This document shows positions 1 through 8,521 of a DNA stretch of 24,528 bases, piece after piece. Position 1 is the stretch's first letter; every line of letters starts with the position of its first letter. The notes beneath the pieces were generated by a model. That model had not been told where the DNA came from. It did no database searches and saw only the letters and a list, made by a program, of their open reading frames with translations. Position numbers and translations under genes: made by a program. This stretch comes from a virus (taxonomy: Duplodnaviria > Caudoviricetes): IMG/VR virus record IMGVR_UViG_3300028925_003988, positions 1 to 24,528 of that record; one strand, written 5' to 3'.

Positions 1-1902
1 CGCAAAGAAGAAGGCCGACCGTGCCTCACTATTAACAAGCTCCCATCATTTATTCGACAGGTAGTAAACGAGTCACGCCAGAACAAACCCGGCATCATCA
101 TCAACCCAATCGACAGCGGAGCAGATCCAGAAACGGCGAGGGTGCTGAACGGGATCGTCCGTGCAATCCTAAGAAACTCCAACGCCGACCAAGCATTTGA
201 CACAGGCATCGACTGTTCAGTCAGTGGCGGGTTCGGGTTCATGCGGGTCGATATCGAATACGGACACGAGCAAACATTCGACATGGAAGTGAGAGTCAAG
301 CGGATCATGGATCCACTGACCGTCCACTGGGATGTGACGACCGAATCCTTCGACGCAGAGGACTGGAAATATGGATTCGTTTCTTCGTTGATCAGCGAAG
401 CCGAGTTCAAGCAGGAGTACCCAGACGCAGAACCGATTGACTTCGCAGAGGGGGCTCAAGAAGATATTTATAATACTTGGAAAAGCGCAGAGCATGGCGT
501 GAGAGTCGCAGAATATTTTGCCAAGGAAGAAGAGAAGCACGAACTCTGGTTGATTCAAGGGTTCGGCTACCAACGACCTGACGGTGAAGTGATCGACACC
601 AAAGCTATTCGCAAAGATGCGCTGCCCGGTCTGGCGCGACAATGGGGCGAGTCAATGGGGGCTGAGATCCCTGAAAACATTAGCGACGAAGATCTCATTG
701 CTTACTTCTTTGAACTCCGTGGCCTGAAGGTGTTGAAGACCAGAGAAGTCGCAGGCACGAAAGTCGTCAAACGAATCATCACAGGAAAAGAAATCATTGA
801 TCAGTCCGACTGGCCCGGTATTAATATCCCGATCATTCCAGTCTGGGGTGAAGAGGTTGTGACACGCGGCTTTCGTTGGTTCCGGTCAATGATCGCAGAT
901 GCTACCGACTCGCAGATCATGTACAACTTCTGGAGGAGCGCGGAGACAGAGATCGTCGCCATGCAACCGAAGAACCCGTGGGTCATGGAAGAGGGCGCGA
1001 TACCCGCTGACGACGAGAGGAACTGGGAGGATGCTAATAAGAGATCCATTCCTTACCTGACATACAAGAAGGGCTACAAAGCCCCGCAGAGAGCGCAACC
1101 GCCGATGGTCAGTCAGGGCGCACTGCAAAATTCTCTACACGCATCCGATGACATGAAAGCGATCATTGGAATTTTTGATTCCGCATTAGGAGCAAAATCT
1201 AACGAGACGAGTGGTCGCGCCATTTTAGCAAGACAACGCGAGTCCGATGTCAGCAACTACCACTTCGTCGATAATCTTTCTCGGTCAATCACATACCTCG
1301 GCAAGATCTTGTTGGAGGTTATTCCCCATGTCTACTCAGCGCATCAGGTTGTTAGAATTGTTGGTGAGGACGCAAAGGAATCTGTCGCCCATCTGATGAT
1401 GGAGGGTGAAGGCCAAAGTCTTCCCGACATGCCGGGGCAATATGACACAGCAGGCTTAGAGGCAGATGAACTTGGAAACCTAATTTTTGATAAAGAGAAT
1501 CCCCCAAATAGATTGTACGACCTGAACTTAGGCAAGTACGACGTGACAGTAAAGGCAGGCCCATCCTATGCCTCCAAAAGAGAAGAGACGAGAGAAACTC
1601 TTATCGAAATCATGCGACAGGTTCCGGGCTCTGCCATGTTATTGGGTGACATCTTACTTGAACACATGGACTTTGAAGGGGCGGAAGAAGTCGCCGAAAG
1701 ATTGAAAGCATTCGCGGCAACACAAATACCGGGAATGGCTAACATGACCGCAGGCGCGGCGGCTGGGAATCCACCTATGCCACCGGGTCAGCAAAATATT
1801 GTATCGCCAGCCGCAGTCACTTCTCCGCCGGGTAACGTACCAACACCGGGCGGCAGTGGTGCAGGGGCTGGAACACAATTTGTCCAAGGAGCATCAGCAT
1901 GA
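1..1902 (+). CDS. Portal protein, P22-like (5'-truncated by window edge)
   Basis: Frame 1 is open from base 1 (RKEEGRPCLTINKLPSFIRQVVNESRQNKP), in frame with track ORF 142..1902. Motifs RPCLTINKL, IPIIPVWGEE, D.Q.MYN.W.S, SNETSGRAILARQRESD and GKYDVTVKAGPSYASKREE are typical of P22-type portals. It precedes scaffold and coat genes. Confidence 0.92.
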   Translation, partial: RKEEGRPCLTINKLPSFIRQVVNESRQNKPGIIINPIDSGADPETARVLNGIVRAILRNSNADQAFDTGIDCSVSGGFGFMRVDIEYGHEQTFDMEVRVKRIMDPLTVHWDVTTESFDAEDWKYGFVSSLISEAEFKQEYPDAEPIDFAEGAQEDIYNTWKSAEHGVRVAEYFAKEEEKHELWLIQGFGYQRPDGEVIDTKAIRKDALPGLARQWGESMGAEIPENISDEDLIAYFFELRGLKVLKTREVAGTKVVKRIITGKEIIDQSDWPGINIPIIPVWGEEVVTRGFRWFRSMIADATDSQIMYNFWRSAETEIVAMQPKNPWVMEEGAIPADDERNWEDANKRSIPYLTYKKGYKAPQRAQPPMVSQGALQNSLHASDDMKAIIGIFDSALGAKSNETSGRAILARQRESDVSNYHFVDNLSRSITYLGKILLEVIPHVYSAHQVVRIVGEDAKESVAHLMMEGEGQSLPDMPGQYDTAGLEADELGNLIFDKENPPNRLYDLNLGKYDVTVKAGPSYASKREETRETLIEIMRQVPGSAMLLGDILLEHMDFEGAEEVAERLKAFAATQIPGMANMTAGAAAGNPPMPPGQQNIVSPAAVTSPPGNVPTPGGSGAGAGTQFVQGASA

Positions 1903-2912
1903 AAGTAGAAACAGAACCGGAAGCAATCGCCAACGACCGTCCCGCGACGGAAGATGGAACTGCTCCAAAAGAGATCGTAACCGATCCAGTAGAAGACGAA
2001 GTTGATCCAACGCTAGAGGTAGGAGATCCAGACACTGACGCTGACACTTCGGATGACGAAGGAGACGAAGACGCGGACGGGGATTTTACAGATGGTGATG
2101 ATGACGATGTTGAAGGCGAGTCCGACGAGGATGAATACCAATTCGATTTCGGCGGAAACAAATACAACGCCCCAAAAAAGGGTACGTCTAAAGAAGCCGC
2201 AGAAGCATTGCAAAACTACGGCAACGGATTGCAGACATCTTACACTAAAAAATTCACCGCTCTATCCGAAGCGCACAAAGTCATGGAGAATCGTGTCGAG
2301 TCCGTTTCAAAACTAGAGTCGATGAACAACCAAACTCTTAACGAGTACGCGCAAGGTTTAAGCCTAAAAACTGAAATCGCAGAACTGGAGAAAATTGATT
2401 TAGATCCTTATCTCCGATCAGATGACAATCGTGATCATATTGAAGCGCAAAGGATTCAAAATGCAATTGCCCAAAAAACGAGACAGTTTAACAACCACCT
2501 CAATAATGTGAATCAACTAGGACATCAAGCCAACGAGGTGCAACGTCAGGAGAATGTAAGGCGTTACGTCGAAGGGTCGGCAATGATGGATAAAAGGATT
2601 CCAAACTTCTCAAAGAGTGTCGCCAAGGACGTGGTCGCATACGCTGTCAGTAAAGGAGTTCCAGAGGCCCATGCAGCAACGTGGCCCTTGAATCCATTTG
2701 CGGCAGAGACTACATACAAGGCAATGATGTGGGACAAGGCGCAGTCAAAAGCCAAGACGGGTATTCGCAAAACAACAAACAAAAAAGTCACACCCGTGAT
2801 CCCTGTTGCACCGAAGAAAAAGGGCAAAGGTTCTGGAGCTAGGAAAGATCCCGGCAAAATGAGCCAAGGGGAATACGCAGTGTGGTACGCAAAAAAATAC
2901 GGAAAACGCTAG
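1899..2912 (+). CDS. Putative scaffolding protein
   Basis: Lies between portal and coat with an ATGA overlap. Very acidic N-terminus, YTKK motif followed by a helical/coiled-coil middle, and a basic C-terminus. Confidence 0.75.
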   Translation: MKVETEPEAIANDRPATEDGTAPKEIVTDPVEDEVDPTLEVGDPDTDADTSDDEGDEDADGDFTDGDDDDVEGESDEDEYQFDFGGNKYNAPKKGTSKEAAEALQNYGNGLQTSYTKKFTALSEAHKVMENRVESVSKLESMNNQTLNEYAQGLSLKTEIAELEKIDLDPYLRSDDNRDHIEAQRIQNAIAQKTRQFNNHLNNVNQLGHQANEVQRQENVRRYVEGSAMMDKRIPNFSKSVAKDVVAYAVSKGVPEAHAATWPLNPFAAETTYKAMMWDKAQSKAKTGIRKTTNKKVTPVIPVAPKKKGKGSGARKDPGKMSQGEYAVWYAKKYGKR

Positions 2913-2931
2913 GGGCTAGGAGGCCCATCAC

Positions 2932-4158
2932 ATGGCTAATACCAATCTCACCGTAGATCAGGTGACCAACAGAGCGCAGATGGTACTTCATCAGAAGCTC
3001 AATTTTATTGGCAATTGTAACCGCCAGTATGATGATAGTTACAAAACTGGTGGGGCCAAAGGCGGCTCAGATATTCGCATCAAACTTCCTAACGAGTTTA
3101 CAGTTCGTAGCGGGAAGACCTTGAATGTCGAGGACGTTGAAACTCAATCGGTCACCATGTCTACATCGACACAGAAGGGCGTGGACATGAACTTCAGTTC
3201 TCAGGAACTGACTCAGGACATTTCATTGTTCTCGGAGAATTACATCGAACCCGCGATGTCCGCACTGGCGGCTGTTGTGGAGAGCGATGCATTGTCAATG
3301 TACAAAGATGTTTATGACGAAGTGTCTGATGTCAGCGAAGATCCAGCCTTGAGGGACATCCTCGACATGGGTAGTCGGTTGACAGAAAATCTCGCACCAT
3401 ATCAAGATCGTTGCTTGCTCTTGCGACCGCGTTCTGAAGTTGCTTTGATCGACGCTCTGTCGGGCCTGTTCTCGGCCTCGTCCAATTTGGACAAGCACTA
3501 CCGAGAAGGCCGGATCGCTAACAACTTTGTTGGCTTTCAAGACGTATTCTGCAACACCATGCTTCCCAACCACCAGAGTGGGACTGATGATGGAACTGGA
3601 GATTATTTAATTAACGGCGGTACTCTCACAGGGAAAACGCTGACCGTTGACACAGGTGCAGGGACTTTGCTCAAGGGCGACATCCTATTGCTTGAAGATG
3701 TTTTCCGCGTTCATCCTGAAACCAAAGTCACCACAGCGAAGGCACAGCCTTTTGTTGTTACTACCTCCACGGGTACGAGCGCAACCAGTCTGTCGATTGA
3801 ACCGGGTATCACAGCCTCGGGCGGCAGACAGAATGTTGATGCGGCTGCGGTTAACAATAAGTCTCTGCACAAGGTTGAGTCCAATACTCGTCTGATCACT
3901 GGTGTTGACATTGGTGCTTCTGCAAACTACGGCATCGACCTCGCGTTCCATAAAAATGCTTTTGCATTTGCGACGGCAGATTTGGAGGTTCCGAAAGGGG
4001 TTCACTTTGCAGGACGAAGAGTGCAAGACGGTATTTCATTGCGGATGGTTCGTGATTACGACATCAACAATGACAACATGCCTTGTCGCTTGGATATTCT
4101 GTACGGGTACAAAACCATCAGGCCACAGTTGGCTTGTCGTGGTGGTTTCATAGCATAA
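2932..4158 (+). CDS. Major capsid protein, P22 coat (gp5)-like
   Basis: AGGAGG RBS. Begins MANTNLT..., contains NRQYDDS, LAFHKNAFAFATADL and ends GISLRMVRDYDINND.MPCRLDILYG...RPQLACR, characteristic of P22-gp5-family coats. Confidence 0.92.
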   Translation: MANTNLTVDQVTNRAQMVLHQKLNFIGNCNRQYDDSYKTGGAKGGSDIRIKLPNEFTVRSGKTLNVEDVETQSVTMSTSTQKGVDMNFSSQELTQDISLFSENYIEPAMSALAAVVESDALSMYKDVYDEVSDVSEDPALRDILDMGSRLTENLAPYQDRCLLLRPRSEVALIDALSGLFSASSNLDKHYREGRIANNFVGFQDVFCNTMLPNHQSGTDDGTGDYLINGGTLTGKTLTVDTGAGTLLKGDILLLEDVFRVHPETKVTTAKAQPFVVTTSTGTSATSLSIEPGITASGGRQNVDAAAVNNKSLHKVESNTRLITGVDIGASANYGIDLAFHKNAFAFATADLEVPKGVHFAGRRVQDGISLRMVRDYDINNDNMPCRLDILYGYKTIRPQLACRGGFIA

Positions 4159-4171
4159 CCAAAAATGGAGC

Positions 4172-4204
4172 GGGGGCTTCACGGCCCCTCAACCTTTAAT
4201 CTTT
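4172..4204 (+). terminator. GC-rich hairpin after coat gene, possible (leaky) intrinsic terminator
   Basis: GGGGGC-TTCACG-GCCCCT at 4172-4189, followed by a displaced, interrupted T-rich tract. Confidence 0.5.
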
Positions 4205-4220
4205 TAAACGGAGAAGTCCA

Positions 4221-4436
4221 ATGGCAGTTGAATTCTTAGGGACTGGAAACGACGAGGGAGTAAACTTCGGTCGTTCCTCTACCGACAAGATAGGCTTTTA
4301 CGGTCTGACCACGCCAATCGTGCAACCGACCCTGACAGCCTCAAACACAGCTACGGCTACCACCACGATCAACGAGAGGCGTATTGATTCTATCGAAACG
4401 ATTCTAGTTAATCTCGGTTTGTGTACAACCGTATAA
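4221..4436 (+). CDS. Small virion protein (possible head decoration/fibre)
   Basis: GGAG RBS, 71 aa, KIGFYG.TP..QP motif, directly after the coat gene. Function is inferred from position. Confidence 0.65.
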   Translation: MAVEFLGTGNDEGVNFGRSSTDKIGFYGLTTPIVQPTLTASNTATATTTINERRIDSIETILVNLGLCTTV

Positions 4437-4449
4437 GTTAAACCGTGTC

Positions 4450-4475
4450 GGGGGGCTTCGGCTCCCCTTCACTTT
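4450..4475 (+). terminator. Intrinsic terminator-like hairpin
   Basis: GGGGGGC-TTCG-GCTCCCC (cUUCGg tetraloop) at 4450-4467 followed by TTCACTTT. Confidence 0.6.
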
Positions 4476-4487
4476 AAAAGGATCTTC

Positions 4488-5783
4488 ATGAGTTTTTATT
4501 TTACGGACAAAGGACTGCCGAAGGAAAAAGGGAAACGGAAAGTTTGTCTTGCTACTACGGTATACGATTGTATTGAGCCAGCGTATACGTTTGCGATGTC
4601 TAAGTGCCGGGAGGTTCTGCACAAGCGAGGTATACAGACGGCTTATTTTTTATTGCAAGGTAATTGTCATGTGGATGACGCGAGGAACTCAATTGTTAAA
4701 GAGTTTCTGCATTCCGACTGTGATGAATTAATTTTCATAGATGCTGATTCGGGCTGGGAGCCGAAAGATCTGGTGCGAATCTGTAAGCACGATGTGGATG
4801 TTGTTGGTGGGGTTGTCCCTTACAGAGCGGAGAACAGAAAGGCCATGCCTGTCCGTATGGCGGTGGGCGTTAACGGGCCTGATGATCGCGGACTGATGAA
4901 GGTGGACGGTCTGGGAACAGCCTTCCTGCGGATACAGCGCAAGGTGCTGGAGAAACTATTCGACCAAGCCGACAAGCACAACACCGAGTTCGGCAAGGGA
5001 GAGAAGACCGCAATTATTTTTGAAAGAACATTCGCTGATGGTATCAGGTTCGGCGGTGATTTAAGTTTTTGTAATAAAGCCAGAGCCGCAGGGTTTGAAT
5101 GTTATGCAGACTTTGAGATGATACTCACCCATGTTGGCAAGACCGTGTTCCGGGGCAGTCTGGGTCAGACTTTAAGACGGGCCAACAGCGCAACGGTTGC
5201 CCATGTCGCGAAGATATTAGGGGACAAAGCTGAAACGATTGAAACGATAGAAGAGTTGGTGATAGCTATCGGGAATTCTTATTCAATGGACGTGCCGGGT
5301 TTGACCACGCTGATGTTGTTGGCGAGAAAAGCTGACGGCCCTATCCTTGAAGCAGGGAGTGGCCTGTCAACCCTTGTCATGGCGGCGGCGAACCCAGACC
5401 AGATAGTGTATTGCCTTGAACATGATGAAGGTTATGCAAAAAAACTCAGAAGCTGGGCGAACTCTGCGGGGTTGACCAATATTGGCCTGTGCCTATGTCC
5501 TATCAAAGACGGGTGGTACGACTTGGAGGAGATGGACGGCTTGCCTGAACATTTTTCTCTTGCACTTGTCGATGGGCCACCACAGACTGAAGCGAGTCGG
5601 ATGCCATTCTTTGAGCAAGGGTTCGCTGACAGGTGCGACACTGTTGTTTGCGACGACGCAGGCACACATGGCTACGCGGACAAATTAAATGAGTGGGCCG
5701 ATCTGAAAGGCAGGACATTCAATCAGATTGACCCTCGCATGGTTATCATTGGAGAAACGGAGACGGTAGAATGTCTTTCCTGA
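4488..5783 (+). CDS. Glycosyltransferase (GT-A-like) fused to class I SAM-dependent methyltransferase
   Basis: N-terminal half has ARN..V..FL, FIDAD (DxD), GLGTAFLRI and GGDLSFC. C-terminal half has ILEAGSGLST (motif I), LEHD, LVDGPP and VVCDD. Confidence 0.75.
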   Translation: MSFYFTDKGLPKEKGKRKVCLATTVYDCIEPAYTFAMSKCREVLHKRGIQTAYFLLQGNCHVDDARNSIVKEFLHSDCDELIFIDADSGWEPKDLVRICKHDVDVVGGVVPYRAENRKAMPVRMAVGVNGPDDRGLMKVDGLGTAFLRIQRKVLEKLFDQADKHNTEFGKGEKTAIIFERTFADGIRFGGDLSFCNKARAAGFECYADFEMILTHVGKTVFRGSLGQTLRRANSATVAHVAKILGDKAETIETIEELVIAIGNSYSMDVPGLTTLMLLARKADGPILEAGSGLSTLVMAAANPDQIVYCLEHDEGYAKKLRSWANSAGLTNIGLCLCPIKDGWYDLEEMDGLPEHFSLALVDGPPQTEASRMPFFEQGFADRCDTVVCDDAGTHGYADKLNEWADLKGRTFNQIDPRMVIIGETETVECLS

Positions 5784-6499
5784 CAATAGCTCAAGATGTT
5801 TTAATCGCGGTTGACTTTCCATCTCCGTCGAATGCTTTCGCCAACAACGACCCGGCAGTAAAAAAAGTGAGACGATCTATCGAGTCATCTTCCTACGCCC
5901 TTGCAAGAGTTAATGCGTGGAAGACGATGCGCGGGGAACAAACATTCACGTCACTGGCGGCAGAAGTGCAGACAGGAATATTGCCAGCCGGGTTCGACCG
6001 ATTCATACCTGAAACATTTTGGAACCGCACAGATAAAAATTTAGTTATAGGGCCGATCACAGAGGTTGAGTGGGCAAGCCTTAAAGCGTATGGATACGCT
6101 GACACCTCAAGACCCAAATTCATTCAACGTGGCAACACTGTGGCCTCATCCATCCTGATGATACCCGCGCCGTCGGCTGGGAAGACCTTTGCGTTTTCTT
6201 ATGTGAATAGTTATTTCTGCCAGTCCTCTAGTGGGACAGCGCAGTCGGCATGGGCGGCAGATACGGATGTGGCAAGACTTAACCCAGAGCTTGTAACGCT
6301 CGGCGCGATCTCTGACTTCCTCTGGATGGAAGGCATGAACCATGAGAAGGCCGACAGTGATTTTGAAGATCTATTTAATCTACTTGTAAAAAATGATAAC
6401 CCTAGAGCTAGGGCAATGTCCTGCGGAGATATTTTCGGATCACGAAGACATTTCACGGGATCGCCTGCTTCAACGGGAAACTATAACATGACATCTTAG
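5771..6499 (+). CDS. Head-tail adaptor / tail tubular protein A-like
   Basis: MSFLTIAQDV start, W..MR and LP.GFDRFI..TFWNRT motifs; position between head genes and the nozzle-like gene. Confidence 0.65.
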   Translation: MSFLTIAQDVLIAVDFPSPSNAFANNDPAVKKVRRSIESSSYALARVNAWKTMRGEQTFTSLAAEVQTGILPAGFDRFIPETFWNRTDKNLVIGPITEVEWASLKAYGYADTSRPKFIQRGNTVASSILMIPAPSAGKTFAFSYVNSYFCQSSSGTAQSAWAADTDVARLNPELVTLGAISDFLWMEGMNHEKADSDFEDLFNLLVKNDNPRARAMSCGDIFGSRRHFTGSPASTGNYNMTS

Positions 6500-6506
6500 G
6501 AGAAGA

Positions 6507-6944
6507 ATGATGCCAAACTTTATGCAAGGCGGTATGTTCGGGCCGAGCGGTGGGCCGCAGGGAATGGGCGGACTGACAGAGCAAGAACTGAGGATGGTGA
6601 TGGGCGGACAGCAGGGCGGAATTGGTGGGCAGATGCCACAATATAATCAGGCTCCAGCAGGCGGCCCTCCTCCTCCGCAGACAATTGGCGGGGTAGGTCA
6701 AGGCGTAGATCCCAGCATGATTGGTGGCGGGGCGCAGGGCGGTCTTGACGGCATGGACTTCGGTGAGGGAGCTATCACTGGCGGGATGGGCCAAGGTCAA
6801 GCGGCTTTGATGGGGATGGCTCAAGCAAATATGCGAGATGAAGAGATGGCAAAAATGTTATCCCAAATGGCGACAATGCAAGGTTCAGTACCGGGCGGCG
6901 GCGCAGACTATCAATTTGGTGGCAATAACAGCGGAAAATATTAA
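6507..6944 (+). CDS. Gly/Met/Gln-rich low-complexity hypothetical protein
   Basis: AGGAG RBS; fills the gap between the two tail genes exactly; 145 aa. Confidence 0.65.
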   Translation: MMPNFMQGGMFGPSGGPQGMGGLTEQELRMVMGGQQGGIGGQMPQYNQAPAGGPPPPQTIGGVGQGVDPSMIGGGAQGGLDGMDFGEGAITGGMGQGQAALMGMAQANMRDEEMAKMLSQMATMQGSVPGGGADYQFGGNNSGKY

Positions 6945-6946
6945 TA

Positions 6947-8521
6947 ATGATAAGCGCAAAGCGCAGAAAGGCTGGACGAAAAGGCTACGCTTCAAAACGT
7001 GCCAACATCCAGACCATACCTTCGCCAACGGGGGGTTGGGATACACGGCAGGCGGTAAGCGCGATGCCTCCGACCAATGCCGTGTTGCTCGACAACTGGT
7101 TCCCTGAAACGGAGAAGGTAACACTTCGCGGCGGTTCTGAGGCTTATGCTACTGGACTTGGCGGATCTGCGGAGCCTGTCGAAACATTGATGGAGTACAA
7201 CAAGCTCGACGGGACGAATGAACTCTTCGGGGTTTGCGGTGCGGAGATTTACGATGTCACTTCAGCGGGTGCGGTAGGGGCGGCAGTGGTATCGACTCTC
7301 ACTAATGCGCGGTTCCAGTATGTAAACATGGGAACCAGTGGCGGACAGTTTCTTCTCTGCTTTAACGGCGCGGACACTCCGAAACTTTATAACGGGTCAA
7401 CGTGGGCCAACGCCGCTATGGCAGGCCCGACCATTGCGAATTGTATCTGGTGCAACATTCACCATCGTCGGCTCTGGATCGGAGAAGAAAATTCTCTCTC
7501 TGGATGGTACGGTGGCCCGAATGCAATCACCGGAACTTTTGTAGAGTTCTCGCTCTCTGGGGTTTTCTCCAAAGGCGGATACATCGCTGGCATGGGAACA
7601 TGGACACGAGACTCAGGTGAAGGCTCAGAGGATCTCGCGGCATTCGTAAGTAGCGAAGGGCAGGTAGCTTTGTTCAACGGGATAGACCCATCCACTGCGG
7701 CGGACTGGCAGTTGATCGGTGTGTTCCAGATTGGGCGACCTATCGGCAGACGCTTCATGATCAAAGCTGGCGCGGATCTCGTCCTGATAACTACGGACGG
7801 ATTTGTTTCTCTCGGTGCGATCCTTGCGCTGGACAGATCCCAAGCAGAGATGGCATCTATCTCAGCCCAGATAAATGACGCAGTGAATAACGCGGTAAGA
7901 ACGTATGGCACTCAATTCGGATGGGAAGCTATTTTGTATTCTCAAGGGCAACAATTAATTTTCAACATTCCTATTTCTGGGACAGAAAAGCATCAGTACG
8001 TTTTCAATACGCTCACGCAGGCTCCGTGTCGGTTTAAGGGCTTAGAGGCAGTGACTTGGGGCTTGAAGGGTGACGACATTTTTATGGGCATGGAAGACGG
8101 CACAGTCGATAAATACGATGGTGACGATGTAACTTCCGACACTGGTGGCGTTGCGATTAGTGGCGACGGCGTTGCGGCATTTAATTATTTTGGTTCGCCC
8201 AATATGGAAAAGCAATTCCAAGCGGTCGAGCCTATCTTTGAATCAATAGGCAACCCGGTTATCGCTACCGATATGAATGTGGACTTCCAGATAAGAGCCG
8301 CGACAGGTACTGCTGTAGCTGGGCCGACGCATGTCGGAATATGGGGAACTGCAAAGTGGGGCGTGGATCTCTGGGGAGAAGCTCCGCAGGTTTTTAGAGG
8401 GTGGCGCGGTGCGATGAAAAAAGGATTCGCTGGATCACTGCGGGTCAGAATAGAAACCACGGTAAGCAAGCCGTCATGGTTGGCGACGCGGTATCGTTAT
8501 AACCCGAGTAGAAGCTCATGA
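6947..8521 (+). CDS. Tail nozzle / tubular protein B / packaged-DNA stabilization (gp10-like) protein
   Basis: PSPTGGWDTR...MPPTNAVLLDNWFP start, beta-rich composition and W..AKWG..LWG near the C-terminus; position in the tail module. Confidence 0.7.
   Translation: MISAKRRKAGRKGYASKRANIQTIPSPTGGWDTRQAVSAMPPTNAVLLDNWFPETEKVTLRGGSEAYATGLGGSAEPVETLMEYNKLDGTNELFGVCGAEIYDVTSAGAVGAAVVSTLTNARFQYVNMGTSGGQFLLCFNGADTPKLYNGSTWANAAMAGPTIANCIWCNIHHRRLWIGEENSLSGWYGGPNAITGTFVEFSLSGVFSKGGYIAGMGTWTRDSGEGSEDLAAFVSSEGQVALFNGIDPSTAADWQLIGVFQIGRPIGRRFMIKAGADLVLITTDGFVSLGAILALDRSQAEMASISAQINDAVNNAVRTYGTQFGWEAILYSQGQQLIFNIPISGTEKHQYVFNTLTQAPCRFKGLEAVTWGLKGDDIFMGMEDGTVDKYDGDDVTSDTGGVAISGDGVAAFNYFGSPNMEKQFQAVEPIFESIGNPVIATDMNVDFQIRAATGTAVAGPTHVGIWGTAKWGVDLWGEAPQVFRGWRGAMKKGFAGSLRVRIETTVSKPSWLATRYRYNPSRSS

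Noticed and set aside
142-144. Track start codon for the portal
   Set aside because: The frame is open from base 1 and conserved portal motifs lie upstream of 142, so the true start is outside the window.
6154-6190. CTGATGA hammerhead-like core inside the adaptor gene (similar heptamers near 1393, 3584 and 4879)
   Set aside because: No correctly placed stem II plus GAAA or stems I/III; chance matches in coding sequence.
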